Notes under the pieces: generated by a model
Database searches by the model: none
The model's input: only the letters and a program-made list of their open reading frames with translations
Told to the model about the DNA's origin: nothing
Position numbers and translations under genes: made by a program
In this document: positions 49,673 through 59,347 of the stretch, one piece after another
Position numbering within the stretch: the stretch's first letter is position 1
Layout: each line of letters begins with the position of its first letter
DNA from: Planctomycetota bacterium
GTDB lineage: Bacteria > Planctomycetota > UBA8742 > UBA2392
DNA length: 64,000 nucleotides
Direction of reading: 5' to 3'
NCBI GenBank assembly: GCA_022071975.1
Contig: JAJVIO010000007.1
Span: 18,715 to 82,714, forward strand

Positions 49673-50353
49673 TCACTTCTTGATCTCGAACTCGCTGTCC
49701 TTCACGTCGCTGTCCAGCTTGGTGTCCTTGAACTTGTACAGCGTGTAGGCCGGGTCGTCCCCTTCGGCCGCGGGCTCGATGATCTTGACCGAGTCGATCT
49801 GGTCTTCGCCTTCCGTAAACTTCACCTCGATGCTGGCGATGAACTGTTTCACGGTCTTGTTCTTGGGCGTCATCTTCAGCGTGACCGGCTTGCGCGAGGC
49901 GATCTCAACGTCGTAGTCGTCCTTCAGCTTGGTGAACTCGCCCTTGAACCAGGTGAACAGCTGCTTCACCACCGCGTCCAGGCCGCGGTCGTCGCCCAGT
50001 TTGAAGTTCTCGGTACGGCCGGTGCTTTCGGACCACTTCTTGCCCGTGTCGCCTGTGACGACCAGGATCGACTTGTGGGGCTTTTCGTACTCCCAGCGCA
50101 CGTGGTCGGGTTTCTTGAACACGAACTTGCCGCTGGATTCGATCTTGTCGTCGAACTCGGGCAGGTACTTGGTTTGCTCAAATCCGCCCTTGAAGTCCTT
50201 GTGCTCCTTGTGGGCCTGCTCGATGCGCTTCAGCAGATCCTCAAGCGTCTCGAGCTTTGCTTCTTCGGTCTTGGGCTTCTCTTCGGCGGCGTCGTCGGCC
50301 AGCACAACCGGTGTCACGGCCGCGATCAGCAAGAGTGCAAGTATCCAGCGCAT
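49673..50353 (-). CDS. lolA: LolA-like outer-membrane lipoprotein carrier family protein
   Basis: Signal peptide MRWILALLLIAAVTPVVLA. FKGGFEQTKYLPEFDDKIESSGKFVFKKPDHVRWEYEKP is typical of LolA. Confidence 0.7.
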   Translation of the reverse strand: MRWILALLLIAAVTPVVLADDAAEEKPKTEEAKLETLEDLLKRIEQAHKEHKDFKGGFEQTKYLPEFDDKIESSGKFVFKKPDHVRWEYEKPHKSILVVTGDTGKKWSESTGRTENFKLGDDRGLDAVVKQLFTWFKGEFTKLKDDYDVEIASRKPVTLKMTPKNKTVKQFIASIEVKFTEGEDQIDSVKIIEPAAEGDDPAYTLYKFKDTKLDSDVKDSEFEIKK

Positions 50354-50560
50354 CCCGGTCTCCTTGTCCCGAAACTATAACGCCCGCCCCAAGGGGCGGG
50401 CGCTGCAAAATTCCCGGCAGTTCATTGTGCGCCGCGGCGGCGTTTTGATTTGGGCGGACAGAGATCAACGGGTTCGAGGTTTGGACGTCGCTCACCCGGC
50501 TTGCGGCTGCGCAATTCCAGCGTTTTCTCCACGACCTGTTCGGTTCCGTCTTCGGCGTAG

Positions 50561-50917
50561 CTATAGGCTATGATTTGAATCTGGTTCTTCTTTGCCGCCA
50601 CGTTGCACCTCGATGTCCCGATAGGCCAACAACCCGTCTCTCAAGCTTTCCAACTCCAGTCGCCAGCGACCAGCCTTCAGGTTCATCGTGGCGACAGCGA
50701 GGTAGTAGTCTATCACTCTCGGCATTGCCACGGGATTGGGTTCCGCGATTTCACCCGTGATGCGGTTTCGTAACGTCAGCACGTAGACATCAGGTTCTCG
50801 CTGTCCTGTGCACTCGAACATCGTCACGAACGGTGACTTCAATCTGACGCCGGGGCGTCGGAACGACCGTGTCAGCTTGTTGAAGCTCTGAAAAGTAACG
50901 ATCTGAAATCCGCTCAT
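50561..50917 (-). CDS. Hypothetical protein (118 aa), lower GC, translationally coupled to the deacetylase gene
   Basis: ATGA overlap at 50914-50917. No motif recognised. Confidence 0.45.
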   Translation of the reverse strand: MSGFQIVTFQSFNKLTRSFRRPGVRLKSPFVTMFECTGQREPDVYVLTLRNRITGEIAEPNPVAMPRVIDYYLAVATMNLKAGRWRLELESLRDGLLAYRDIEVQRGGKEEPDSNHSL

Positions 50918-51720
50918 TCCCGTTGTTCCTGGTACGGTTCCAGTTTCAGCAACTCGTCCAACCTTACAATTTCGAGGCCTCTGGCGCGCAGGCCGTCGAT
51001 AATCACCGGCAGCGCCTCGACCGTGGCGCTGCGGTCATCCGTGCCCTGCAGGCCGGCGCCGTCGTGCAGCAGGATCACGCCGCCGGGGCTGGCGCCGTTC
51101 ACCACGCGCTGTGCGATCTTGGCGGCGTTGCCGCTGACGGCGTCGAAGCCGCGCACCTGCCAGCCCACCGCCAGCATCTCCTCGGTGGCCAGCACGTCAC
51201 CCAGCGCCGGGTTCTTGAAGCCGTGGGGCGCGCGGTACAGGCGCGGAACGTGCCCGATCGCCTGGCGGATCGCCGCGTTGGTGTCCTGGATTTCCCGGCG
51301 CAGGCGTTTGTGCAGGCTGAAGTTGATCCACATTCCGTGGCTTTCACTGTGGTTGCCGATGATGTGCCCGGCGTCGTGGATCCGTTTCGTCAGGTCCGGG
51401 TTCTCAATTACCCGGCTGCCAACGCTGAAGAAGGCCGCTTTCACTTTCTTCTCGGAAAGCACGCGCAGGATCTCCGGCGTGAAGCGCGGGTCGGGGCCGT
51501 CGTCGAAGGTAAGGGCCACGGCCTTCACCGGCTCCGGCGCGCGCCAGGCCGTGTCGGCCCACATGCTGGAGTTGACGTTGAACACCCCCCAGGCGATCCA
51601 GGCCAGGGTCAGCGCGACGATCACCACGGCCGCGATCCAGCCATCAGCACCGTGGCCGAATCGAAGGGCGGCGGCCACGCCGGCGATTGCAATGATCTTG
51701 ATGAAGATGGCTTTGACCAT
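50914..51720 (-). CDS. Polysaccharide deacetylase (NodB homology) with N-terminal TM helices
   Basis: VALTFDDGPDPRFTPEIL, AAFFSVGSRV and GNHSESH motifs. Confidence 0.85.
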   Translation of the reverse strand: MVKAIFIKIIAIAGVAAALRFGHGADGWIAAVVIVALTLAWIAWGVFNVNSSMWADTAWRAPEPVKAVALTFDDGPDPRFTPEILRVLSEKKVKAAFFSVGSRVIENPDLTKRIHDAGHIIGNHSESHGMWINFSLHKRLRREIQDTNAAIRQAIGHVPRLYRAPHGFKNPALGDVLATEEMLAVGWQVRGFDAVSGNAAKIAQRVVNGASPGGVILLHDGAGLQGTDDRSATVEALPVIIDGLRARGLEIVRLDELLKLEPYQEQRE

Positions 51721-51773
51721 TGGCTGGAAGTTAGAAGTCCGAAGTGCGATGTGGAAAGCCCGGGAGAAAGAAA

Positions 51774-51795
51774 AGTGCCCGCATTTGCGGGCACT
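51774..51795 (-). terminator. Rho-independent terminator
   Basis: Minus strand reads AGTGCCCGC-AAAT-GCGGGCACT followed by TTTCTTTCT. Confidence 0.7.
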
Positions 51796-51831
51796 TCAGA
51801 CTTTGCACTTTTGCCTTCGCGCTACCAGAGG

Positions 51832-52281
51832 TCAGTTGGCCTGAGGTTCCTGCTCTTCGTACAGGAACTTGATCATCTCGATTTCGCTCTGGAAACCCTT
51901 GCGGAAGATGTAGGTGAACTCGTCCATCACGCGGCGGATCAGGAAGGTGCCGAGCTCAGTCTTCTTGCTGCGGGTGAACTCTTTCAGCAGCTCTTCGCGG
52001 GTGACTTCGCCCACATCATAGTCGTTGGCCGTGTCGGCGATGTGAATCTTCACGCGGGTGGGGTCGATGTCGATCAGCAGGCGGAGGTTGCCGCTGGCAC
52101 CGTGCTCTTTGGCATTCAGGATGATGCTGCTGCAGGCCTCGTCGATGGCAATCACTACCTGGCGGGTGGCCTTGGGCGCGAGCTTGCCTTCGGACAGCAC
52201 CTCGCGCACGAATTCGCGCAGTGGCGCCAGTGAGCGGGTGTCGATCGGTACGTCCAGTTCTCGGCGTGTGGTCTGAATCAT
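51832..52281 (-). CDS. HATPase-type anti-sigma regulatory factor (RsbW/SpoIIAB-like Ser kinase)
   Basis: LREFVREVLSEG...VVIAIDEACSSIILNAKEHG...LLIDIDPTRVKIHIADTANDYD resembles HATPase_c_2. Start trimmed to MIQTTRREL. Confidence 0.6.
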   Translation of the reverse strand: MIQTTRRELDVPIDTRSLAPLREFVREVLSEGKLAPKATRQVVIAIDEACSSIILNAKEHGASGNLRLLIDIDPTRVKIHIADTANDYDVGEVTREELLKEFTRSKKTELGTFLIRRVMDEFTYIFRKGFQSEIEMIKFLYEEQEPQAN

Positions 52282-52464
52282 GCGCTGCAGGATGCTCCAG
52301 TGTTTGTGGAAAAGTTTGACTCCACTCACACTCCCAAATTCGAATGGATCAGAGGGTGCTAATCCTGATTCCGTTATCAAGCAGAATCCAAGAATTTACA
52401 CCACATAAACATTCTGTGCAAAATATGCGTTGAGCGCAAGCCTAAAACATACAATCGCTTAGGT

Positions 52465-53145
52465 TTAAACAGTCACCTTAAGTGCTTGCAGCAATTCGTG
52501 TTCTGCCGTCGTTTCCGTTTGCTTCCACCACTCTGCGGGTAACCAGACCGGTGTCGGCAAATCTGCCTCCGAAACTCCCACGCGCGCCATGGCTGATCTC
52601 AGCGACTTCGGCCAACGTCGCGGCGGCCCCTCACTGGCCTCCACCAGAACAAGGAAAGTGGCCCGCTTCAATGCCGGCAGCACGCTGGCTTTAACGCCTC
52701 GGGTCCGCTGCGGCCACAGCAGCACCACCGTTCCCGCAAACTCAGCTACCGTGGCGGCGGAGTTGCCCTCCAGCACTAACGGCCTGGCAGGGTCGAAATG
52801 TTTCAGCGCTGCTTTCAACGCATACTCAAACACGTGGGGCGCAGCACGCAGCCACAGTACCGGGTCGGCCCCGGCCTGCAGCATACGGTCGGAATCTTTG
52901 CCGGGGGTGCGCAGCACGGCCGGGTCATCCACCAGCTCAAAGCCGGCGGGCGCCGGGGCGCAGCCGTCGCAGTTGTCTTCGCCCTGCTCGTTGACGCCGT
53001 GGACCGGGCAGTGGGACTCACGGTGAAAGCGGGTGATCTTCAGGGCCTGGGCGCCATCCAGCGCGCGAATCATCCGGCAGGCCAGTTCGGTCTTGCCGCA
53101 GTTGGCGCTGGGGGCGGCAATAATGATGGGCGTCAGTCCGCTCAT
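52465..53145 (-). CDS. Hypothetical P-loop-like protein with Cys/His cluster
   Basis: IIIAAPSANCGKTEL is Walker-A-like. HCPVHGVNEQGEDNCDGC is a possible metal site. Confidence 0.45.
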   Translation of the reverse strand: MSGLTPIIIAAPSANCGKTELACRMIRALDGAQALKITRFHRESHCPVHGVNEQGEDNCDGCAPAPAGFELVDDPAVLRTPGKDSDRMLQAGADPVLWLRAAPHVFEYALKAALKHFDPARPLVLEGNSAATVAEFAGTVVLLWPQRTRGVKASVLPALKRATFLVLVEASEGPPRRWPKSLRSAMARVGVSEADLPTPVWLPAEWWKQTETTAEHELLQALKVTV

Positions 53146-53219
53146 TCCGCCAGTTTACCACGAGACGGGACACTTGTGCCCCGTTGACCACCGGTCGAAC
53201 GCCCGCCAATCTGCAACCC

Positions 53220-53765
53220 ATGCTGAACCGTCTGCTCCAGTTCCGTTTGGCCTTCGCCGTGGTGGGCTTGATTGCCCTGCTGGGGGGAGCGCTGTTTGAG
53301 ACGGTCTGGCTGGCGGGCCCGGGTGTGGTGGCGGCCGCCGTTTCGGACCTGATCGGGCTGCTGCAGGCGCGCATGCGTTTCGGACTGCCCGTAGAGCGCG
53401 CCTTCCGGGGGGCGGCCGAAGCGCTTCCGGCTTTGGGCGTGGCGGCCTTCGAGCCGTTTGCGATGGGGCTGGTCGTGCTGGTTGTCGTGTATGCCCTGTT
53501 TGCCAGCGGTCTGCAGACCCTGGCCACGGCGCGCGGGGTAGTGCCTTCGCGCACCGCCACGGAGACGGTGCGTCGCGCGGCGACCTTCCTGGCCAGCCTG
53601 GCAGTGCTTGGCCTTCCCATTGCAGCTGCGACCGGCTTTGACCTGGGGGGCCGACTGGGGGTCTCTTCCCGCCTGGTTGCCCTGCTGGCGGCGGGGCTGG
53701 TGTTGCTGGCTGGAACAGTGGCGCTGCTTGATTCGTTGATTTCAGTCAAAGCGCGGCGGGCTTGA
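53220..53765 (+). CDS. Polytopic membrane protein, hypothetical
   Basis: Several hydrophobic helices. Start is ATG 53220, or TTG 53184 as in the ORF track. Confidence 0.45.
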   Translation: MLNRLLQFRLAFAVVGLIALLGGALFETVWLAGPGVVAAAVSDLIGLLQARMRFGLPVERAFRGAAEALPALGVAAFEPFAMGLVVLVVVYALFASGLQTLATARGVVPSRTATETVRRAATFLASLAVLGLPIAAATGFDLGGRLGVSSRLVALLAAGLVLLAGTVALLDSLISVKARRA

Positions 53766-53912
53766 ATTGCGGGGCTGCGTGCGCCGGAACGTTGACACCT
53801 AGGGCCTTGCGGTTACAGTATTTAGCACGTTCATATTGTTGGGACACCCCAGTCCAGCTCGCCCCTTGTCGCGACGCCAGTTTGTCGCGCCGCTTGGCTT
53901 GAGGAACACCGA

Positions 53913-55607
53913 ATGCTGACAGAGTCAAAGAAGATGCCTCTCGGGAAGATCCTGGTCGGCCTGAAGTTCTGCACGGTCGAGCAGGTGAAAGAGGGCCTCA
54001 AGCACGGCAAGGAAAACATGATGATGCTGGGTGAGTCGCTCATCCAGCTCGAGTACCTGGATGATGAGAAGCTGGCGCGGGCACTCGCCAAGCAGCAGGG
54101 CGTCAAGTACGTAAACCTGAACAAGTACGACCTCGCGCCCGAGATCACGCAGCTCGTCACCAAGGACGTGGTCGAAGAGCACGAGATCGTGCCGGTCGTG
54201 AAGAAGGGGCGCCAGGTCACCGTCGCCACCCACCGCGTGCTCGAGTTCTATGCGCTGGACAACCTGCGCTTCATCCTGGGCAACGAGGTTGACTGGGTGA
54301 TCGCGCCCGAGTCGTCCGTCAAGGCCGCCATGAAGAAGTATTACGGCATCGGCGGCATGGACGACATGATCCACGGCGACGGCGAAAACGTCACCTACAA
54401 GGATTTCGACGCCACGGAAGCGGTCACCGACGACGAAGAAGGCATGGTGGCGCAGCTGGTGCAGGTGCTGATTTCGGATGCGATCAAGCAGCGCGCCTCC
54501 GACATCCACGTTGAGCCCATGGAAGAAAAACTGCGCATCCGTTACCGCATCGACGGCGATTGCCAGGAAATGGAATCTCCGCCCAAACGCCTGCAGGGCC
54601 CGCTGATCCAGCGCATCAAGATCCTCAGCAAGATGAAGATCGAGGAAAAGCGCATCCCCCAGGACGGCCGCATCAAGACCCGCGTCGAAGGTCGCGACAT
54701 CGACCTGCGCGTGAGCGCGCTGCCCTGCAGCTGGGGCGAATCGGTGGTGATGCGTATTCTCGACAAGCAGAAGAACCTGGTGGGCCTCGAGGTGCTGGGC
54801 ATGCACCCCACCGACTTCGACCGCTTCCAGAAGATCCTCAAGAAGCCCAACGGCATCTTCCTGGTCACCGGGCCCACCGGCTCGGGCAAGACCACCACGC
54901 TGTACGCGGCGCTTACGGCACTCAACCAGCCGGACGTCAAGATCATCACGGCCGAGGACCCCGTTGAGTACAACCTCACGGGCATCAACCAGAGCCAGGT
55001 GAACCACCAGATCCAGCTGTCGTTCGCGCGCATTCTGCGCGCCATGCTGCGCCAGGCGCCGAACATCATCCTGGTGGGCGAAATCCGCGACCATGAGACG
55101 GCCGAAATCGCCATCCAGGCCGCGTTGACGGGCCACCTGGTGTTCAGCACCCTGCACACCAACGACGCGCCGGGCGCCTTGACGCGCCTGATGGACATGG
55201 GCGTCAAGCCGTTCCTGGTTGCCAGCGCGGTGCAGGCGATTCTCGCCCAGCGACTGGTGCGCGTGCTGTGCAAGCACTGCAAGCAACCCGTCAAGCCGGA
55301 CGCCACGGAACTGAAAACCGTGGGCCTGCGCCCCGAACAGGTCGCGGGCAAGACGCTGTACCAGGCCGTGGGCTGCAAGGAGTGCAAGGGCGCCGGCTAC
55401 CGCGGGCGCATGGGCGTCTACGAGTTGCTGGAGATGAACAGCGTGATCCGCGAGCTGGCGTTCCAGCAGGCCAGCAGCCTGAAGATTCGCAACGAGGCAC
55501 GCCAGAACGGCATGACCACGCTGCAGGAAGACGGCGTGCGCAAGGTGTTGCTGGGTACCACCACGATCGACGAGGTGCTGACCATTACGCACCGCGACGA
55601 CCTGTAA
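53913..55607 (+). CDS. GspE/PilB-family secretion ATPase (type II secretion / type IV pilus assembly) with T2SSE_N-type N-domain
   Basis: Walker A GPTGSGKTTTLY, Asp box, Walker B IILVGEIRD, His box, and tetracysteine CKHCK...CKECKG. N-terminus LGKILVGLKFCTVEQV / LGESLIQLEYLDDEKLARALAKQ. Confidence 0.9.
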   Translation: MLTESKKMPLGKILVGLKFCTVEQVKEGLKHGKENMMMLGESLIQLEYLDDEKLARALAKQQGVKYVNLNKYDLAPEITQLVTKDVVEEHEIVPVVKKGRQVTVATHRVLEFYALDNLRFILGNEVDWVIAPESSVKAAMKKYYGIGGMDDMIHGDGENVTYKDFDATEAVTDDEEGMVAQLVQVLISDAIKQRASDIHVEPMEEKLRIRYRIDGDCQEMESPPKRLQGPLIQRIKILSKMKIEEKRIPQDGRIKTRVEGRDIDLRVSALPCSWGESVVMRILDKQKNLVGLEVLGMHPTDFDRFQKILKKPNGIFLVTGPTGSGKTTTLYAALTALNQPDVKIITAEDPVEYNLTGINQSQVNHQIQLSFARILRAMLRQAPNIILVGEIRDHETAEIAIQAALTGHLVFSTLHTNDAPGALTRLMDMGVKPFLVASAVQAILAQRLVRVLCKHCKQPVKPDATELKTVGLRPEQVAGKTLYQAVGCKECKGAGYRGRMGVYELLEMNSVIRELAFQQASSLKIRNEARQNGMTTLQEDGVRKVLLGTTTIDEVLTITHRDDL

Positions 55608-55610
55608 ACG

Positions 55611-55702
55611 TTCGCGGCGCGGCCGCGAACGTCAAAGCAAAATTATCAATTCAAAATTCAAAATGCCCCTCGCCTGGAGTAGCTTCACGGCGAGGGCATT
55701 TT
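55611..55702. terminator. Two hairpins: CGTTCGCGGC-gc-GCCGCGAACG, and AAAATGCCCCTCGCC...GGCGAGGGCATTTT flanked by TTTTGAAT words
   Basis: Read directly. The second has A/T runs on both sides, which suggests a bidirectional terminator. Confidence 0.65.
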
Positions 55703-55736
55703 GAATGTTTCATTTTGAATTCCAACGGAGGTCGCC

Positions 55737-56396
55737 ATGCCCCACAAAGTCGGAGTGATCCTTTCCGGTTGCGGCTTCAAGGACGGCGCCGAGGTGCACG
55801 AGAGCGTCTGCACCTTGCTGGCCCTTGACCGCATGGGCGTCGAGACCATCTGCATGGCGCCCAACATCGAGCAGGCCGTGGTGGTGAATCACCTGACCGG
55901 CGAGAAAACCCACGAAAAGCGCAACGTGCTGGTGGAGTCGGCCCGCATCGCGCGCGGCAAGATCAAGGACATCAAGGACGTGAAGGCCGCCCAGCTTGAC
56001 GCGCTGATCCTGCCCGGCGGCTACGGCGCGGCTCTGAACCTGTCCGACTTCGCGGGCAAGGGCGCCAAAGCGCACGTCAACGACGACGTGGCGCGCCTGG
56101 TGCGCGAAGTGCACAAGGCCGGCAAACCGATCTGCGCCATCTGCATCGCGCCCGCGGTGATCGCCCGCGTGCTGGGCGAGGAACACCCGCTGCTCACCAT
56201 CGGCAACGACGAAGGCACGGCCGAAGCGCTGGAAGCCTGCGGCGCAAAGCACGAGACCTGCGGCGTGCGCGACTTCGTGGTGGACAAGCAGCGCAAGATT
56301 GTAAGCACGCCGGCCTACATGCTCGGCCCCAGCGTAGCCCACGTCGCGGAAGGCATAGAAAAGGCCGTGCGCGAAACCGTGGCCATGATCGGCTAG
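55737..56396 (+). CDS. elbB: DJ-1/PfpI-family isoprenoid biosynthesis glyoxalase ElbB
   Basis: MPHKVGVILSGCGFKDGAEVHESV and ICAICIAP. GGAGG SD. Confidence 0.8.
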   Translation: MPHKVGVILSGCGFKDGAEVHESVCTLLALDRMGVETICMAPNIEQAVVVNHLTGEKTHEKRNVLVESARIARGKIKDIKDVKAAQLDALILPGGYGAALNLSDFAGKGAKAHVNDDVARLVREVHKAGKPICAICIAPAVIARVLGEEHPLLTIGNDEGTAEALEACGAKHETCGVRDFVVDKQRKIVSTPAYMLGPSVAHVAEGIEKAVRETVAMIG

Positions 56397-56467
56397 ATGC
56401 CGCCCGGCATTGCTTGCAATTCAAACCATTCACTCTAGCATGAGATATCCATTCTGTGGAGCTCCTC

Positions 56468-57484
56468 ATGCTGCGTCGTACTTCTTTCGCGCTGCTGCTG
56501 TCGGCGCTGCTGGTGCTGTCGGTCAACGCCCAGGACAAGGCCGACAAGCCGAAGACTACCCACGAAGACAAGCTGTTCGGCCTGACGGTCAAGGTCGAGG
56601 GCTTCGGTAATCTCAACACCCCCAAGCCGATGAAGTTCGTGAAAGCCTGGGTGGTCGAGGAAGGCCGCAATCCGGCCGTGCAGTTCGGCAGGCAGCGTGA
56701 GACCAAGTCGGCGGAGTACGCGCAGACCATGGGCACCGCCATGCTGCTGATGGGAATGAAGGAGACGGAGCGCAAGGACGCCAAGCTCGGCTCACTCAAG
56801 GCCACGCTGGTGACTTATGGTGGAACGGTGCTCGGCAAGGAGCTGGCCTCGTGGGTGATGATGGCCGAGGACAAAGGTGACCTGTGGTACCTGAGCACGG
56901 CGTTCGAAAGCGCCGACAAGGACGCCGCGACCAAGCTGTTCAACGGCATGGCAAAGAGCTTCAAGAACAAGGCGCCCAAGATCGACCCCAAGAAGCCGCC
57001 CGCCGCAACACTGGTAATCAGCGAGCGATTCGGCTTCAGCATCGACACCAAGGGCGCTGTAGGCATCCCCGAAGTGTTCGAAGATGTCGAAGTCTTCAAC
57101 ATGGACATCCAGCAGGACGAAGTCCAACTCGGCTACCTGGTAGTCGGTTGGTCAGGCGGGCTTGAGCCGTTCAGCATTGACGAATTGCTGGAGATCATGG
57201 GCGTCGCCATGGAAAGTGAAGGCATGGTGGTGAACAAGGCCGAAAAGGCCAAGTTCTGCGGCAAGGACGCCGTTCGCCTGGAGATGACCGGCGAGGAAGA
57301 AGGGGAAACTTACGAGATCATGGGTTACGCCATGCCCGCTGGCAGCGAAATGTACACAGTGCTTGCCGCTTGGCACGTGGACGCCGATGAAGCCACCCAA
57401 AAGCGGGTCAAAGACGCGCTGGCGTCAGTCAAGCTGGCTGATGCGGGCAAAGGTGCCTGGTGGCCCAAGCCCGAGGAAGAGTAG
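56468..57484 (+). CDS. Secreted hypothetical protein
   Basis: Signal peptide MLRRTSFALLLSALLVLSVNAQD. No motif recognised. Confidence 0.5.
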   Translation: MLRRTSFALLLSALLVLSVNAQDKADKPKTTHEDKLFGLTVKVEGFGNLNTPKPMKFVKAWVVEEGRNPAVQFGRQRETKSAEYAQTMGTAMLLMGMKETERKDAKLGSLKATLVTYGGTVLGKELASWVMMAEDKGDLWYLSTAFESADKDAATKLFNGMAKSFKNKAPKIDPKKPPAATLVISERFGFSIDTKGAVGIPEVFEDVEVFNMDIQQDEVQLGYLVVGWSGGLEPFSIDELLEIMGVAMESEGMVVNKAEKAKFCGKDAVRLEMTGEEEGETYEIMGYAMPAGSEMYTVLAAWHVDADEATQKRVKDALASVKLADAGKGAWWPKPEEE

Positions 57485-57572
57485 ACCGCGCCCCAGCGCG
57501 CATCATCGCCTCTACACGCCGGGAAGGGATTCCGCTAAGGTGTAGCTGCAGACCGCAGCAGCGGGGTTCCGT

Positions 57573-58103
57573 TTGCCCGACCGCAAGGCTCCAACCTCAA
57601 CCGACAAGCCGGGCCCCGGCGGGCTTACGCACCTCAACGAGGCCGGCGAGGCGCGCATGGTTGACGTCGGCGGCAAGCAGGTTTCCCGCCGCAGTGCCAC
57701 GGCCGAAGTTACCGTGCGCATGAGCGCCGGGACCCACGCAGCGCTGCTGGCCGGCGAGCTGCCCAAGGGCGACGTGCTCAGCACCGCGCGCATTGCGGCG
57801 ATCATGGCCGCCAAGCGCACCCACGAAGCTATCCCCATGTGCCACCCCCTGGCGATCGACGGTGTGGAGGTCGCTTTCGACAGCGGCGTGGCGCCGGACG
57901 GGAAGGGGAGGCGCGGAATCAACGTTCAGGTTACAGTAAGCTGCACCGGGCGCACGGGCGTGGAGATGGAAGCCCTGCACGGCGCGGCGGTGGCGGCCCT
58001 GACCATCTACGACATGGCCAAGGCCGTCGAGAAAAGCATGGAAATCGAAGGGCTCAGGCTGCTGGCCAAGACGGGCGGCAAGAGCGGGGACTGGAAGGCA
58101 TGA
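57573..58103 (+). CDS. moaC: Cyclic pyranopterin monophosphate synthase MoaC
   Basis: [44 protein letters not shown] and [24 protein letters not shown] start is uncertain. Confidence 0.9.
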   Translation: MPDRKAPTSTDKPGPGGLTHLNEAGEARMVDVGGKQVSRRSATAEVTVRMSAGTHAALLAGELPKGDVLSTARIAAIMAAKRTHEAIPMCHPLAIDGVEVAFDSGVAPDGKGRRGINVQVTVSCTGRTGVEMEALHGAAVAALTIYDMAKAVEKSMEIEGLRLLAKTGGKSGDWKA

Positions 58104-58192
58104 GCGAGTTCGGGGCTTGAGGTTCGCGGCTCTCTTTAGAGTCGTAAACCTCAAGCCTCCAACCTCGCCGCACAACAGGTTGGAAGGATCGT

Positions 58193-59347
58193 TTGCCAGA
58201 AAAAACCGAGATCATCACCGACGCCGGGCGTTTGTCCCGGGTCATTGACGAGTTGTTGGACGCACCGCGCGTGGCGCTCGATATCGAGTCCGACGGCTTC
58301 TACAACTACCAGGACCGTGTCTGCATCGTCACCCTCAGCAGCGAGCAGCTCAACGTGGTGGTTGACACCATCGCGCTCGGCGAAGGCGCTCGCGACATGC
58401 AGCGCCTGCTGGACCGCCCGGAAGTGCCGGTGCTGATGCACTCCGGCCAGAACGACGTGCTGGCCCTCAAGCGCGATTACCGCTTCAACTTCGGGCTCGT
58501 GCACGACACCGCGGTGGCGGCCATGCTGCTGGGCCTGCAGCAGACAGGCCTCGCCGCGCTGGCCGAGGCCTACCTGGGCCTGAAGCTCGAGAAAGAGTTG
58601 CAGCGCTATGACTGGAGCCGCCGGCCCATCGAGAACGAGCACCTGCATTACCTGATCAATGACACGCGCCACCTGTTCGCCCTGCACGACCTGATCATCG
58701 ACGAGTTGCGCAAGCACGAGCTGATGGACGAATACATCATCGAGTGCGATGCCGTCGCGCAGTCCGAGCCGCGCAAGCGCGAGTTCGACCCGGAACGCTT
58801 CCGCAAGATCAAGGGCCACGGCGAGCTCAGCGACGCGCAGCGCGGCGTGCTGAAGGAGCTTTACGCCTGGCGCAACGGAGTGGCCGAAAAGTTGGACCGC
58901 GCGGCCTTCCGTGTCACCGGCGACTCCACGCTGCTCGATATCGCGCGCCGCCTGCCCCGCGACCTGGCGGCACTTGAACAAACTCGCGGTCTCGGCGACT
59001 GGCTGCTGCGCGACAACGCCGCTGAGCTGCTGCGCATTGTGGAAGAGGCCCAGCGCCGGCCAGTGTCAATCAAGCCGCCGAAACGCAAGCCCACGGGCCC
59101 GCTGCCTCTGCGCATGGACCCGGCCCAGCGTGACCGCCTCGGCAGGCTCAAGCGCTGGCGCGAGAAAGAAGCCGCGCGCCGGGGTATCGGTTTGCAGGCC
59201 GTGCTGCCCACGGCCGTGATCAACGACCTGATCCTGCAGCCGCCGGCGGACAAGGCGCAACTGGCGGAAGTGCCGCGGGTAGGCAAGTCCCGCGCCGAGC
59301 GCTACGGCGACGAGATTTTAAAGATCGTCCGCAAGCCAGAGCAGTAG
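58193..59347 (+). CDS. rnd: Ribonuclease D (DEDD 3'-5' exonuclease plus HRDC domain)
   Basis: VALDIESDGFYNY, HSGQNDVLAL and YLINDTRHL. HRDC-like C-terminus. TTG start. Confidence 0.8.
   Translation: MPEKTEIITDAGRLSRVIDELLDAPRVALDIESDGFYNYQDRVCIVTLSSEQLNVVVDTIALGEGARDMQRLLDRPEVPVLMHSGQNDVLALKRDYRFNFGLVHDTAVAAMLLGLQQTGLAALAEAYLGLKLEKELQRYDWSRRPIENEHLHYLINDTRHLFALHDLIIDELRKHELMDEYIIECDAVAQSEPRKREFDPERFRKIKGHGELSDAQRGVLKELYAWRNGVAEKLDRAAFRVTGDSTLLDIARRLPRDLAALEQTRGLGDWLLRDNAAELLRIVEEAQRRPVSIKPPKRKPTGPLPLRMDPAQRDRLGRLKRWREKEAARRGIGLQAVLPTAVINDLILQPPADKAQLAEVPRVGKSRAERYGDEILKIVRKPEQ

Noticed and set aside
57485-57572. Possible Moco riboswitch upstream of moaC.
   Set aside because: I could not recognise the conserved Moco-motif core or a convincing multi-stem fold in only about 90 nt. 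A covariance-model scan would be needed.
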